DNA of 64,000 bases from Marsupella aquatica (taxonomy: Eukaryota; Plantae; Marchantiophyta), in assembly GCA_973895155.1 (NCBI GenBank), contig OZ316892.1:17226357-17290356 (forward strand), read 5' to 3'. The notes below the pieces were generated by a model. It made no database searches and had not been told where the DNA came from. It saw nothing but the letters and a program-made list of their open reading frames with translations. Of this stretch, positions 12,001-25,451 are shown in pieces. The first letter of the stretch is position 1, and the number at the start of each line of letters is the position of its first letter. Both the position numbers and the translations under genes were made by a program.

Positions 12001-15000
12001 CCATGTTTCTTCAATTGTGTCCACGCGCTTCTGCCATTCTTCCTGCTCAGTAAGCAGGTGCCCCTTTGCAGCCTCTAATTTGGTTGCCAAGTCCCTGATC
12101 CGCTGTTCGGCATCGAATACGGATCTATCCCTGTTGTAGCACACGTAATCTCTGAGAACATTAGACGTGGTACATTACCGGCGACGAAGGCACCCACTTG
12201 TGGAGCAGGGCTATGGAACAGGATAAACTTCAAATTATGACTAGTAGACGTAATAACTAACTCCTAATCATGCATCTCACAGTGCATCATTGCCATCGGA
12301 TCAGATAAATAATAAAACGAAGACTCAATTGAACAGGGTTGACATGTAACTGCGACACTACATGTCCAAGTTCTGCTGACACAGTAGCATTGGTGACCCT
12401 ACTTCTATATAGAGCTTCAGCCCAAATTGTCTCAATAGGTTTAATAAAGGATTTGCAGGCAGTCTTTGTATCCAAAGCATGCGAACGACATGAGGACGGA
12501 TGAAGAGGTATGAGCGCACCTCACAGCAAGTTTGTTCTCGTACTCTGCTACAGAATCCTGTAAAGCTTTCAAAGCTCCATCTCTCTCCATTGCTGTTACG
12601 ATTACTTCCTGTTTAGCTTCCTATTGGAAGCCAAAGATAAGATTGTAAACAGAATCCACGTTCAACTTCTCGCTGGAACAGTAAATCCAAGTTGGCAACA
12701 GCTCGTAAGCTTTTCTAGGGCTCAAATTTTCAGAATTTCACTTCAAGGCTGGGTCGGTTACGTAAGCCCAGGTTGCTTGTAGTAATGAAACCTACACTCT
12801 GACGTCCTGACCTTCCCTTACTAATTTCTCTGGAAAAGGTCATCTTCACCTTGAGAGCTGTTTCTTGTGCTGCAGCAAGCTCAGAATCCTTTGCTGCAAG
12901 TAGCTCAGCTTCCTTCCTCTGAAGAACAGAATTTGCCCGAACTTTGTATGCAGCAAATTCACTTGCCACATGACTTGTCTGGAATCGGAATAACGAGTGA
13001 GTAAATGGCTCCACACACAGGAGCGTCTTGAAATACCAACGACCAAGTTTGGAATGGAAAACCACAAGACGTTGTTGCAATAATTCTTCTTCTCGTTAAT
13101 ATTATTATTTAAAGCTAAACGTTCATGTTTCGCTGTAACAGACATTCAAGTCTAAAGAGTCAGCCATAACAGCCTCAATCTAAATTTCCACAATCATAAC
13201 CAGGTCCTCAATTCTACGCAGCGTCCTTCGTGCATCCTGTAACTTGTAACCTAAGACCCCCATAAAAGCAAGAGCTGGGCAACAGTTACCTCCTTCTTGG
13301 CAGCCGATAGATCTGCCTGAGCGATGCTGAACAATTGACGTTGCCGCTCTAGTTCAGACTCAAATTGACCTGTAAACAAGCGTGCTACTAGTTAACGACA
13401 TGCCACGCACCAACTACTTGACGAAAGCACCTGGCTGCAATGCTTGCGCCTGTCAACACTTTTCTGAAACATTTTTTAGGCCTATCTGGAACACTTTGAT
13501 GGAAGAAGACCTGAGACTTACTTCTCATTTCTGCAGCACCAAGAGTCTTTGTCTGAATGACTTTCTCTGCCTCCTCCAACTTCCGCCTTAATTTTTCTAA
13601 ACTGGATTCCCATTGCTCCTGCTCCTTTTTCTGAACCAAAAAGGCAACTGTTATCTATGACCAAAGGCCGTGACTTTTCTCAGCAGTGCAGATGTACGGC
13701 AGGAGTCAACTACGTGCCTGGAAGACCATCTGTATGACCTGATTTTACTCTCTTCACAAAGACAGAGAACACACTATTAAGACCCGCCTGATCGCAACGG
13801 ATGTCATGGAGACTTAAATGCTGCGCGAGACCAAGTACAAAAGTACCTGGCTAGTAAAAGGAGTCATAATACATACATGTTTCGATTCCAGTCGAGACAG
13901 CTCCCCTCTGACAGCTTCTAATGAAGCACCCAACCGCACCATTTCTCCACTGGTTGCAGCTTCCAGCTCAGCAAGCTTTGATTCCTTGACACCAAGCTGG
14001 GCCTGATTGATCCGAACAAATAGTTCAGTCACTTTTACATCAGAGTCACAGCAGCAACAGGGAATGATGAACAACAACGGGGGTTCGCGACGTGATTTCT
14101 CCAAAATCTCTTTTGCACTTATGCACCTTTCTCCAAGACGGTCTCATTTTTTGGTCACAGAAACGAAAAGACCGGCCTCCAATCAACTAAAAATCTTTCG
14201 TCCTAATCTTCATCCCCGTTTCAACCAAACGAAGTTTAAGCTCGACATATTGACACATACACGGTAAAGGTCTTGCAAGCCCGGTGCTGAATGTTAGTTA
14301 GACTTCACAGATGCAGGATTAATTCTGTCAATAGAGAAATGTTTTGATTGCAGGGAGATCCAAACGCCAGGTGGAAAATTCGAAGCGGACTCGATAAAAG
14401 ATCATGGCCACTCGAGCAAACAACTCACTCACGTAAGCTGTAACGGAATTTGGCATCTCCTTCCTTGTCCCACTGCCAACTGAATTAGCGTTACCTCTAG
14501 ATACTTCACACTCATACAATACCCTTTAAAATGAGAAACGCTAGTCGAAGATGGATCACCTGCAGGGCAGATATTGTTTCGGCCATCTTCTTATTCTCTG
14601 ATACTGCATCTGCAAGCTGTGCAGACAAGTTTTCTTCGACCTGTACAGTTTAAAACACAGACGTTCATAATTCTACACTTAAGGAGAGCACTAGAACTCT
14701 CACCAACAAACACAATGGCAACTCTTGTCCTCCCAATTATTCACAAATAATTCAATTTTTACTTTGCAATGCCTGACTCTTTAGACAACTGACCTTTCGA
14801 TGTTTCTCCTTAACATCTAACACGACAGATTCATGGCTTGCCTCTGCTTCTTTTAACGTGGCTGTCAGTTCCAGGGCGCTCTGCAGATCAGACAACGTCA
14901 CAAACGATGAGACTCCTGAGAACTTGCTTATACTTTCATGCCCCTGGGATCAAGAGGGTATACACCTTAACTCCTCAAAGAAAGAGTGCAAGTGTAGTTC

Positions 15001-18000
15001 ACCTGATCCTTTTCTGAAGCCAATCGGCGTGACTCAGTAAGATTATGCTCCTTTCCATCTAGAGTACGACGAAGGTCATCAACCTCTTCTGTAAGTCTGA
15101 AATGACCCACAGTCTTCAGAAACCAACCCCGAAAAAGACAAGAAATTGAGAACCTTACCTTACCAAGACAATTAGTTATTAAGGTACGATAATGCCCGGT
15201 TAGCGATCTGTTAATATTCCAAGATCACGAATAGTCATCTCTTACTCAAATGAAGTAAAACTCTAGTACTATGATTATGGGAAAAACACACTGAGATTTC
15301 AAGAAAACGGTGAGGAATCTACTTTATATTGGCAGCTCGCAACTGCTGTCTTTCAGCATCCAAAGAACGAAGTGCTTCACCAGTCTGATGGCGGACACGC
15401 TCAAGATCGTCCTGGAGTGCCGCTTGTTTTGACAGGGCCTGAGCAGCTTTTTCACAGCTTGCAGCGAGTTGAGTTTCCACGTCTTCTTTCTCCTGTACAG
15501 CTAACAGTAATATTTAAGGCAAAAGTTCTGAAAACACGCTGGCCACCTGTAAGCCGGTCTCAAAATCCAAGATAACCAAAGTAGTGCGATCGTAAAAGAG
15601 AAACTCACAAGTGACACGGAATTGCAAGAGCTTGCACCTTTTGAACTTCTTGAATGCGTTGCTTAGCTCGCTTTTGGAGCCGTCCAAACTTCGCATCCAG
15701 CTCCGCATATTTGTCATCTCGTGGCTTTATTTCATCGTCTAGTTTCCTCTGAGCTGGACATATCCACAGTGTCCATGAATTAATATCCTTCTTTCCACGG
15801 TCTCTGATAATCCAATTGCTGGGCTGTTAAGTGATAATGATGGATTTTTTCAATTTTGTTGCCATCTCCATGGCCGCCTCATAACTGATCACGTAAATGA
15901 TACTGTCCAAATTTTAATCACCAACAAGCAACCAGCGACTCGAACTCTAAGAACTTCAATTCTAGCAATGTGATTCTCTCGGAATAGGCTCACCATCCGC
16001 AAGTTCCTGTGTGATTATTATGACTTTGTTCTCCGCCTCACTACAAGCGACTGAGAGACGTTTGATCTGATTTTCAGCTACTTGCTGACCAAGCTTGCTT
16101 TCCTCAACTTGCTCTCTCAATGATGAAAGCTCGTCAAGAGCGGCAGGATCAGCCAGTTGACTACCCTTGCGCAGCTCCTCAACTTCCCGCTGGAGGCTAT
16201 TAGTCTGAGACCCGAGCTCTTCAAGCAGGCGTTCATGCTCGCGTTTCATATCAGCAATTGTCTTGTCCACAATATCCGTATTTTTCATGTCCACATTCCG
16301 AGGACTAGATTCTACGGAAAGTAGGAGGTCCTTGCTTGTCCTGAGTTCGTCTCGCAGGATAGAGATTGCCTCGCGGCCTTTCTCCAATTCTTTCAGCAGA
16401 TCAGCTTGCTCTTGTAGGAGTGACTGAACTTTGTCCTCATTCCGCTCTCGCAGATGCTGTGGATTCCATACGACAAGCACTGTCAGGCTGAATGTGCTTA
16501 ATTGCTATTAAAAACGAGTACTGCATATTTTGTACTAGACGCACGCAAGAAGTGTGCCATTATAATTACCAAACTATCAGAAGTTCCGGCTCTAAGCGAC
16601 TTCATAAATAGAACACAAGCAATAGAAATTCTCACAAAAGGTTCTGGAGAAGGAATCACTGAAGGACAAAACTGACAGCTGAATCTCTCAAGAGGATTTT
16701 GGTCTTTGGGCCCAAGCCAAGCCTAACAGAAAATGAAACATGCAAAACAATATTCGAATGGAACAATAATTTGTTAAGAACGATGGCCTGACCCAAAAAA
16801 TTTGGAAGGGGTACCGACCTCAGCTTGCTGTCCAGTGCCGGCTGCTTCCATCTGCGAAGCAAGATAGAAGGTCAGTTATAAGGAGATACAGATTTTTCTT
16901 CCTCTTCTCGCAATTGGGTCCTACGTTGTGCTGTGGACCATACGTATCAACAGTCTTAACAATGCTGCGTATTTCTTGAGTTATCAGTCCACCGTTTTCT
17001 ACTTGCATAGTATAGAATCCTAATGAGCATCATTCCTGAACGGTTTCTTGGTCCAAACCGTCCACGAGGTTGAGCATCAGTTTAGAGTACCATGTTAATT
17101 CTTTTAACATGGGTCAAACAGGCACGTGTCTGGCACCCAATATCACCAATGTTAGGGAATAATATTGATCGTTTATGCTCTGATTATAGTTCCTTGAAGC
17201 GTTTGCAGACCTTTGACCTAACAGATTGGCAGTTGCTTGTGGCCTGAACATTTACATCTTGAATAACAGCAGCTGATGGAGTGCAGAATTTTTACTTCAA
17301 ATGACGAATTTCAAAGTCATCAAGAGAATTGATTGAAATCATGAATTTTCCTTACCTCGTCTAATCGAGACATGAGCTGTGCCATCGCAGCCTCTTGGCC
17401 CTCTTGAGCGGATTTACGAGCAGCTGCCATCTCCTCCATCTCCTAACCAATCCCGTGGTACAATCATATTAACATTGACTCATGGTCAGCGTCAAACACT
17501 TCCAGTAGTAGGAAATGTAATTAAAACTATTACCACCGAGTACCACCCATGCAGTTAAGGGGACTATTCTAGCACATGGACTGAGGACGTGCACTACATG
17601 CACAGTCACTGCAGTTTGAGGTGCAAAACAGGCATACCTTAGCTTTATCCAGCAACTTTTGTCGTGCCTCGGCAAGAGTAGAACGACAGTCTTCAAGTTC
17701 CTGACAAACACTGAGCAGTTCAACCTATTGTGAGATAACAATTACTTGCTTGGGATCAAGAGGCCATAGTCAACACGCCAAACACCTCTTCCAAAGGGCT
17801 TCACAGTATCTATAGGTCTACTGCACCCATCTGACCGCCATCATTATTAAAATTCTGCTGGCCTCCATCCGCTCTCTCGATGATATTATGTTAATTGCAT
17901 GCACAAGCAAGTAGACATGAAGACCTAGCAAAATTGTACGTCAAATCCTTCTCCCAATTATGAAAGTACAGAAAATTAATCATACAAAACGAACTGCAAT

Positions 18001-19636
18001 GTAGAAGAGCCAAATTACCTCTTATGCTCAGTTACAAGGGTAGAGTGACCACGTTTGGCTTCAAAACTGTCCTTTGATATGCGCTCCATATCATCATGGG
18101 TGGCCGACATTCGCGTAAAGGCATCTGCAACCTGACCAGCTGCCTCCAGCAGTTGAGCCTCAAGTTTCTCATTTGCCTGCAAGTTAAAATGATGAGCACT
18201 ATCATGGCGGCTGAGAGTAAAATATAATTACAGTAGAATCAAAACGAGGATTTTCTGGAAAGTAAAAACGTGGCAGACGAGAAAGAATTTGAGGTGACCT
18301 TCGTCATCTGTGTCAGACGTTGCTCAGCATCTTCTTTCACAAGTTTCAGCTCTTCTTCAAACTTTGCTCTTGCTTCATCTCTTTGTTTGACAGCGGTATC
18401 TTTTGTCTTCCTCACTGCACTAAACAAGCAGCAGCCATAAGCAAGTTTACCTCTAGGCTTCTGCTTGAGTGCAGATTGCGTATCAAGATTGACCAGGCGA
18501 ACTTGAGTGTGATTGCCTTTGTGGGCTGCAAAGAAATTACCCCTTGGAGTCAAGGTAACACTATTCACATTTGATAATTTCCTATTCACGAAAAGACATC
18601 GCAAATGCTTAACCACGATAAACCGCAAGCAAGTCCACTACGCTGACACATGATACCATACGATACAATGAGAAAATGAAAAAGCCCGACTCTTAGTCTT
18701 CCAAATGTACCGCATTGCATGAATACAATAAGTTCGTAGACGCAAGCAACCCGTCCCTACTCTCAACCCCAGATCTAATATGCACCTGCGCAAACTAGTA
18801 GCACAAGATGAAAAGCTCCAGAAACGAATCTGGCGAGCAGACACGAAAAGCTATGCAATCGATGAAAGTGTACGTACGTCCTTACCGTCACCAACTTCCA
18901 AATTATGAATATCTTCTCTCATTCCCACAGACAGGGTTCAAAGATACCAACCCTCTATTTACTGCACAAAAGCCTCCCTTTGGCCTTCACATCCTACGAC
19001 AAACACTGACACACATCTGACTTATTGTTCCAGTCAGGTCCACATTGGACAACACCCGCGGAATATTGGGAGGATAGAAGACTACACGGAGGACAGATAG
19101 CAACTTAAAATACAGAGATAATTACATTCAATCACTTCGTTCTCGACACGCTGTCTCTCCTTCGCAACTTCATTCTCTCGTTCCAGATTGCGCCTTCTCT
19201 CAGTAGCCAGCTCGGTCACTAAGCTGTCCACGGAAGCTTGGAATTGGGAATTTGTCGAATCTCCATTTGTACGTTGAGAGAGAGGATGGTCCAAAACAGT
19301 CTCTCCGTTGGAACCAGACCGTGAGAGCGAACCGGAAGAAGCACCTGCTGTTGTCCCATTGGCACGGATCATCCCCTGTTCGGGGCTTTGAGGGGTCACT
19401 TGGATCTGAGGATTGGACTCGGAAACAGCATCGCTATTAACACCCGCTGCAGCTGCGGCGGCCTCAGCAACTGCAGCTCTTTGCTCTGCAGCCAGGATTT
19501 TAGATTGCAGCTCCGCCTGCTGTTTTTTCATAGCCAATTTAATCTTCTTCTTCATGGACGACAGCTCTGCCGTTTGCCGCTCAGTCTCCGCATTGAGCCT
19601 CGCATTCTCCGCTTTCAATTGCTCCAAGGAATCCAT
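9013..19636 (-). CDS. GRIP: GRIP-domain golgin (AtGRIP-like trans-Golgi coiled-coil tether), about 27 exons
   Basis: ATG at 19636 (MDSLEQLKAEN..). Coiled-coil exons have GT-AG borders (e.g. 19126-19636, 18299-18414, 18019-18176, ~15993-16456). C-terminal exons splice to AEHQIL|ILARQQAQREEE..|EEIVDLEHENRLHSQQ|EALLKEELRSLERAHKRDGVDMTYLKNVILKLLETG|EVEALLPVVAMLLQFSPEE|LKRC..TFFSRLTFTGGN*, the GRIP domain, with the stop at 9013-9015. Some internal exon borders are approximate. Confidence 0.93.
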
Positions 19637-21003
19637 GGCGGCTGCTGCTTCTGGCTTTGAAGCTCTGCTCACGTGTAATCTAGGTCAGCAAGTTAGTCAG
19701 CTCCGAGGCCTTCATCCGTCTGACCTTTCGGACTGCCGACCGACATTTACTTGAGATCTAACAGCATGGGATCACATCACCATCCACTATTCCAACCACA
19801 TATACAGCTTAAACCTCTTCCTCCTCCTCCTCCTCAAGCCTCAACAATAATTGAGGCCGCTGCGCTAGTCCGGAATCACTAACTCACTGACTCACTCGCA
19901 GAGGCCTACTCCTCGTGGAGCACATCTTCGATCCGCATCTATTGCTGTCGCTTCGTCTGAGTTCGTGTGCACCACATTTCCTGCATTGGCTTCTCTGAAG
20001 CTCCACCCAGATCTGCTCCACCTCCGCCTCCTCCTCCATTTTCAATACCGTTCCCCTTCTGCCCCGCCTCTCGAGCGAGTGTGGACTATATCACGCAACG
20101 TATTGCCTGCCCTGTTGGGATGGCTGGCTGCTCTCCAAAATCACTCAACTTTCTCGTTCGTCTCTTCGCCACTGTTCTGTAGTCTAATTTTTCGGAATTG
20201 TCGATCTCCCCCTCCCTGCCCTACTACGGGAGACACGGATCTGATTTCCTTGCCTTTCCTTGCCCTCCCTTGCGTTTTCCTCGATTGCGCTCGATGAGGC
20301 TCTGCTCTCCTCGAGGCCCCTCAGATTAATAATAACGTGGACGGGGGACCATGTCCTACAGAAAGCTCGCCACTGTATTAATTAATTAACGGACGGGACA
20401 TGGTGAAGCGGATAGACCGCTGGCCATTATTATTATGACGCTCTCTGGTGGACTCTGGTAGAAGGGGCCCTCTTGAATCTTGACAATGAAGTATAGGGTA
20501 ATGACTTTGGTCCAACCCTGTGACCAGAAAGTGAATAAATGTTCAGTAAATGTTGAGAGGGGGGAAGTAGGAAATGTTGAGAGGGGGGAAGTTTTTTGAG
20601 CTTGTTGGAAAAGGTTTAGTACTAGAACCCCAACCCAAAGAGTCATTATCATACTTTTTAGTTTTTTTCACAATAATCTGAGTCTTTATTATCATACTTA
20701 ATACTTGTCCGGAAAAAAGATTGTCGACGACGAAGACTTTCCGGGCACAGGGTTATGGAAATGATAGCACCTAGTAACAAAGCACCTAATAACAAAGGTT
20801 ACACACCTTTCTTCTTGACAGGAATTACTGACTGGGTATCCCTTAAAGAGGCACTAGCCATGACAAAAAAGTGGTTTCACAGATTTCACCATTTTTAATA
20901 TTTTTCTTGAAATTGTGAAAAGCAAAGTCTCAAGGTGGAGGAAAGGAATGTGAAAAGGGGAAAAGTCTTGGACACTTCTTCTTTTATATGGCCAGTGGCG
21001 GTT

Positions 21004-21088
21004 TAATGGGATATAAAGGTGACCATATATATGATCGACCCGCATAGGCAGGGAGACCATGTATATGACAGACTTTATATCTCATTTA
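21004..21088. repeat. Short imperfect inverted repeat (~30-bp arms)
   Basis: taatgggatataaaggtgaccatatatatg pairs with catgtatatgacagactttatatctcattta. Confidence 0.6.
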
Positions 21089-22271
21089 GGGACTAGCTCC
21101 AGTCTTTGGCTGTTTGGTAAGGAAGGAAACACTGATATATCAAAGTTCTTTTAGACATAATGCATTGTAGCCCTAGACATCACTGAACGGCCCAAAACAG
21201 CCCCGGATTTAGGGATTCAGAGGTATTACCGGGGAGGGAGCACCTGGTCATTGGTTATTTTTGTTTCCAGCTTTTGAATTGTCTCGTTGCTTGCCGCCCT
21301 GCTACTTGTCATGTTTGAGTGCTTGTTGTCGGCCATCGCTATGCAGTTGTGTCCTTCATTACACTTTTCGTCATTGTACTTGTCGCGGGTTCTTTAAGCA
21401 TGGTTTTTCAAGGCTGGTCAATGTTGATTGTCATTCTGCTTGTCTCGGGTTCTATTTGCATCTTAGTTTTCCCCGGTTCAACTTTCTTGCTTTTACACTC
21501 GTATTCAGTTAAGTTGCAACTATGATGAGTTTGCATTTGCTGACATTCATGTTTTGTTCACGGCTTTTCAGTAATGCAGTGGGAGTGGTCCGAACATGGT
21601 GTCGCTTATTCTCTCCAACTTCAAGTGAGTATTCTATGCATTGTAATGCTTGTAATACTTGTAGCAGCTCAGATTTTGCTTCTCTTTTGGCAGAGTTATG
21701 TGCAAAAATCATTGACTTTGCTTTTTCTTGTAAGTCCACATTTGATGAGGTGGCCACAATTGACACTCACCAATGCACACTTCTGCTCGTTGCTTAGACT
21801 ACTCTGATAGCCATATACATCACAGATCTTGGGCTTTTGTTTCCTTTTTAGCAGGCTTTGAATAATTTGGGGACTATATAAGTACCATTCCCTCAATATG
21901 TGATGGGATTCTTTCTTGCTCCTCCTTTGTGGGATACAGTCGGTGCTCATTGACACACCATTGACTGATTGTTGCCAAGATCATCGATCATAGACTTTGC
22001 AAATAGCTCTTGTATTGCTCCATGTCAAGCATTGATCATCTACCATATGTTGGTTATTTCATGCTTGTTGTCTTAATAAAGAATAAAAATGGTACATTTT
22101 CACTCTCCTCCATAGACTACAATTGGGTAGATCCTCAAGACATTGGATTGACTGATTTCTCAATTATTGTTTGCATTTTGACCGATGTTATGTCCTTGCT
22201 ACCCTCTAGCATGCTTGCATTTTTATGCAACACCAAAATTTGAATAATGCTTTTACATTTGATGTTCCAAT

Positions 22272-22557
22272 CTTGGGGGGTTAACTTATTGTATATTTTG
22301 AGGTACCATGTGCGATCTTAGCCTAATATAAATATACTTATATTTCATTAAAAAAATCCAAAAAAATCCTGTATTTTCACTATTAATGACCTCTTTTACT
22401 CTATAAAAGGTATAAATTAAAGAATATTCTATAAATGTGAGTTTATAATACCATCTTTTTCCTCCTATGCTTTTAAAATTTTTAGCTAATTACTATTAAA
22501 AATATTTGTTTTAGATCGCATTTCGTTACTAAGATTTTTGATAGCCAACCCCCCAAG
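22272..22557. mobile_element. MITE (286 bp), CT(C/T)GGGGG-ended family, degenerate 8-bp TSD
   Basis: Ends CTTGGGGGGTT...AACCCCCCAAG, subterminal tgcgatct/agatcgca and an AT-rich core. Flanks GTTCCAAT and GGTCCAGT are 6/8 identical. Confidence 0.72.
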
Positions 22558-22929
22558 GGTCCAGTGTATCTTTCAAAGAGGAAATGACCTCTTCGTCAAT
22601 CGTTTAGCATCCGTGTGTCTGCCTTTGCCATGGCTTCAAGCTTGAGCGCCAGTGGCAACGAGGCCTCTTCAGATAGTGCAAGCCTGTAGAGCCTCAAGAA
22701 TGCTTTTCTCTATCTACTTAGTGAGCATGCATTCTAACATCAAGTCTACAAAGTTGGAGGAAGGTCCAGTAGTGCCAAGTCAGGTTGTAAAGAGTGTTTA
22801 TGGACGGCCATCATTCAAGTTTTTAGATGAAGATGAATCATTTCAGCGAACACCTTGCCACGCTGGAGGCAATGCATCTGCTTCTATTGACATATGGGCA
22901 AGGAATCACCCAAACAAGTTTTGCTTGTT

Positions 22930-23700
22930 TAAGAGATTGGATGCCATAATTTTGCTCGAGGAGCAGTAAGCATCCAATGGCGATGGAGCTCTATACCAAG
23001 CCAGACCCTGTGGGCCTGTACTGTGCCACCAAATCTTGCGGCAAAAGTAGGAAGCAAGAACTCAGCAATCAGGTAAGGATGAGCCAACTTTCTATATGAG
23101 GACTAGTCCTTTGTTAAGCAGGTTGGCGTGTCATGCATTTTTCCCATTTAATGCTCTTGAAGAGCAAGCACAAACTTGCCTTGCAAGAAGGCAGCTGTCA
23201 TCACTCTAGCTCATGAGCATAGCATTTGTGCTCATACTTGCACAAATTAATGTGTCGCACCCAAGGGGCCTACAACAAAGAGTCGTCTTCTATCTGCTCT
23301 ATCGGTTTGCAATCCATGGAGGAGCAGAGCTCTATAACTTAGATAAGCAAGAGTTCAAGTTTGGTGAAGATGACGTCAGGAGGTTTGTATAGTATGATGA
23401 GCACTTGTCCAAAAATTACAAAGTGTCCTTGGATTGTTACCAAGATGAACACTTCCGCCCTGCAGTCATCACACTTTGAACGCTGGTTGATCATCTTCCA
23501 ATGCTAGGTACCTATGTGTTTTATCAGTTGATAGTCGTCAAACCCAAGCTTAGTACTCGACTCTACTTGTTTCTGCCAAGAAGCTGACTAAGTGCGTGAA
23601 GGAGATCCACAGGGAATGTGGCCTTGTGACTAAGGGTACCCGAAGTCTAAACTCAACTTTGATGGGGCATTCAAGGGCAACTTGACATTATCAGTATCCT
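22930..23700 (+). pseudogene. Decayed DUF3504/Crypton-type tyrosine recombinase
   Basis: The frame from 23246 reads INVSHPRGLQQRVVFYLLYRFAIHGGAELYNLDKQEFKFGEDDVRRFV*YDEHLSKNYKVSL, fitting my recalled DUF3504 pattern P-x-GL..VFF..F..RGG-E..L..F-FG-D..Y-E..SKN. Upstream is KKAAVITLAHEHSI and downstream is A*YSTLLVSAKKLTKCVKEIHRECGL (WY..VG.NKL..MK.I..AGL). Stops and frameshifts are present. Confidence 0.65.
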
Positions 23701-24647
23701 ATGTTATTTTTTTATTGAAGCTTCTCAAACATGTGTTGACTCCGTTGCTTTTATAATTGCAGCTTTTTACTAACTTGTCAACACATGTATGAAAGCTCGT
23801 ATTTTGTTTGCATATTGTACTAAGCCAAAGGAAGTATAGGTGCCACCAGCTCAAGTTCCAATCATTGAACAGCCACCTGTGTCTACTCCAATGCCCTCAA
23901 GAGCTAGAGGGGTCAATGACACTACAGTCAAGCCTCATCATGTTGGAATCAAGTTAATTTATGCCATTTATATTGTTTGTTGGTTTTTGAGTGGTCGAAT
24001 CTTATGATAGCTCAAATGCATTTTTGTGCAGGATTCCTGGATTGAGCGCATGATGGAAGACCCTGTTCTGGTTGAGGCTGTCAAAGAAGATCCTTTGATG
24101 TCTGAGATTGATTGGAAGGACTCAGACAACTTTGGTCCCTGGTGGAATGAGCAAAGCAGGGTGCAAAATATTAATCATGTTTATGATGTTTTTGGCTACA
24201 TTGGATCCCTCAACAATTGCACATTGAACATCTACATTGGTAAACTAAATAATTGAATTACTACACAAAGTCTGATAGTAGCATATTAGTGTAGTGCTAT
24301 GTTTGAAGCTTGCCTAGCACAATGTTTTTCTCCAGGATGTAAAAAGCTAGAGGTATACATTGCTTATGAGGCTTTGATGAGTCAAGTAAACAGTGGAATA
24401 GTATAATGGTGCATGTCTGATTCCTGCATGCGTACATTTACTCAATAGATGTACAAAAACTAAGAGGCTCTAATATACTGTGCTTGGCAAACATTTGCTT
24501 GCGTCTGCATTGTCCATAATTCTTTTACTTGAATAAAGTTTCACCCTCACTGTGGGAATTTCATCTTATATTACAAGACTTTGGAATTTTGAATGTGTAT
24601 CTGGAATTTTGAATTTGTAACTTGTACAGCTGTCTCAACATACCCAA

Positions 24648-25451
24648 TGGAAAAAAGCTCAAAGACTAAATATATATGATCCATTTTCAATGAGATATAA
24701 TCAAGGCCAAAAACACTAACGTGGGAGCAGCCTAAAGCCCCAAAATCCAAGTATCACCGTGATGACCTTAACAATCACGAGATGCACCATTAGTGCATAT
24801 AAAGGTCGACCATATGTCAACCTGCAAATGCAAGCAGATATAAAGGTCTACCACATGTCAAGTATGCAAGGAGGCATATAGGAGGCCATGTATGCATAAT
24901 GGTCCACCACTAACAGACTATATATGTATTAATTGGCATAGACTAGGAATAGTGTCATGACCATATAGGTGTGTGTCGTTATAGTACTTAGTGTGCTAGT
25001 GAAGGCCATGGCTTATGTAGGGTTGTAGTGCCTAGATAGGGATTGGTTCTATGCATAGGGTTGGAGGGGGTGCCTTGTTGAGGGTGACTCCTCTAGTAGG
25101 ACCGGCCCTTGGGTTGGAGGGTATAGTGTGGAGTGTACTCAAAGAACAGTTTAGGGTTCTTTGAGTTGAGCCTTTGGCGTTGGGAGAGCCTTGATAGTGA
25201 GTGGAGCTCCTTGGCTATGGTGTCCCATTAGCTTCGACCTGGATTCTCCATAGTGGAGTGGGTTTGGCTTGACTGTTTGTGTTCCATACATGTTTGATGA
25301 CTATATGTCTTTCACAAATTTCAGTTGCGGTACACTTGTATTTGTGTATGATCTCGTGTATGTTATGTATGTATGTATATATGGTATGTCAGCGATATAT
25401 GTTGTATGGTGATGTGTATTTGCACGACAACAGGAATACCACCGTTCAACA
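24648..25451 (+). mobile_element. Putative solo LTR (~800 bp)
   Basis: TG...AACA flanked by CCCAA on both sides (24643-24647, 25452-25456), with a TATA-like tract, an atagtgga motif and a TG-rich 3' part. A similar 3' motif (gatgtgt.t.tgcacga) occurs near 58128-58144. Terminal inverted match is weak. Confidence 0.5.
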
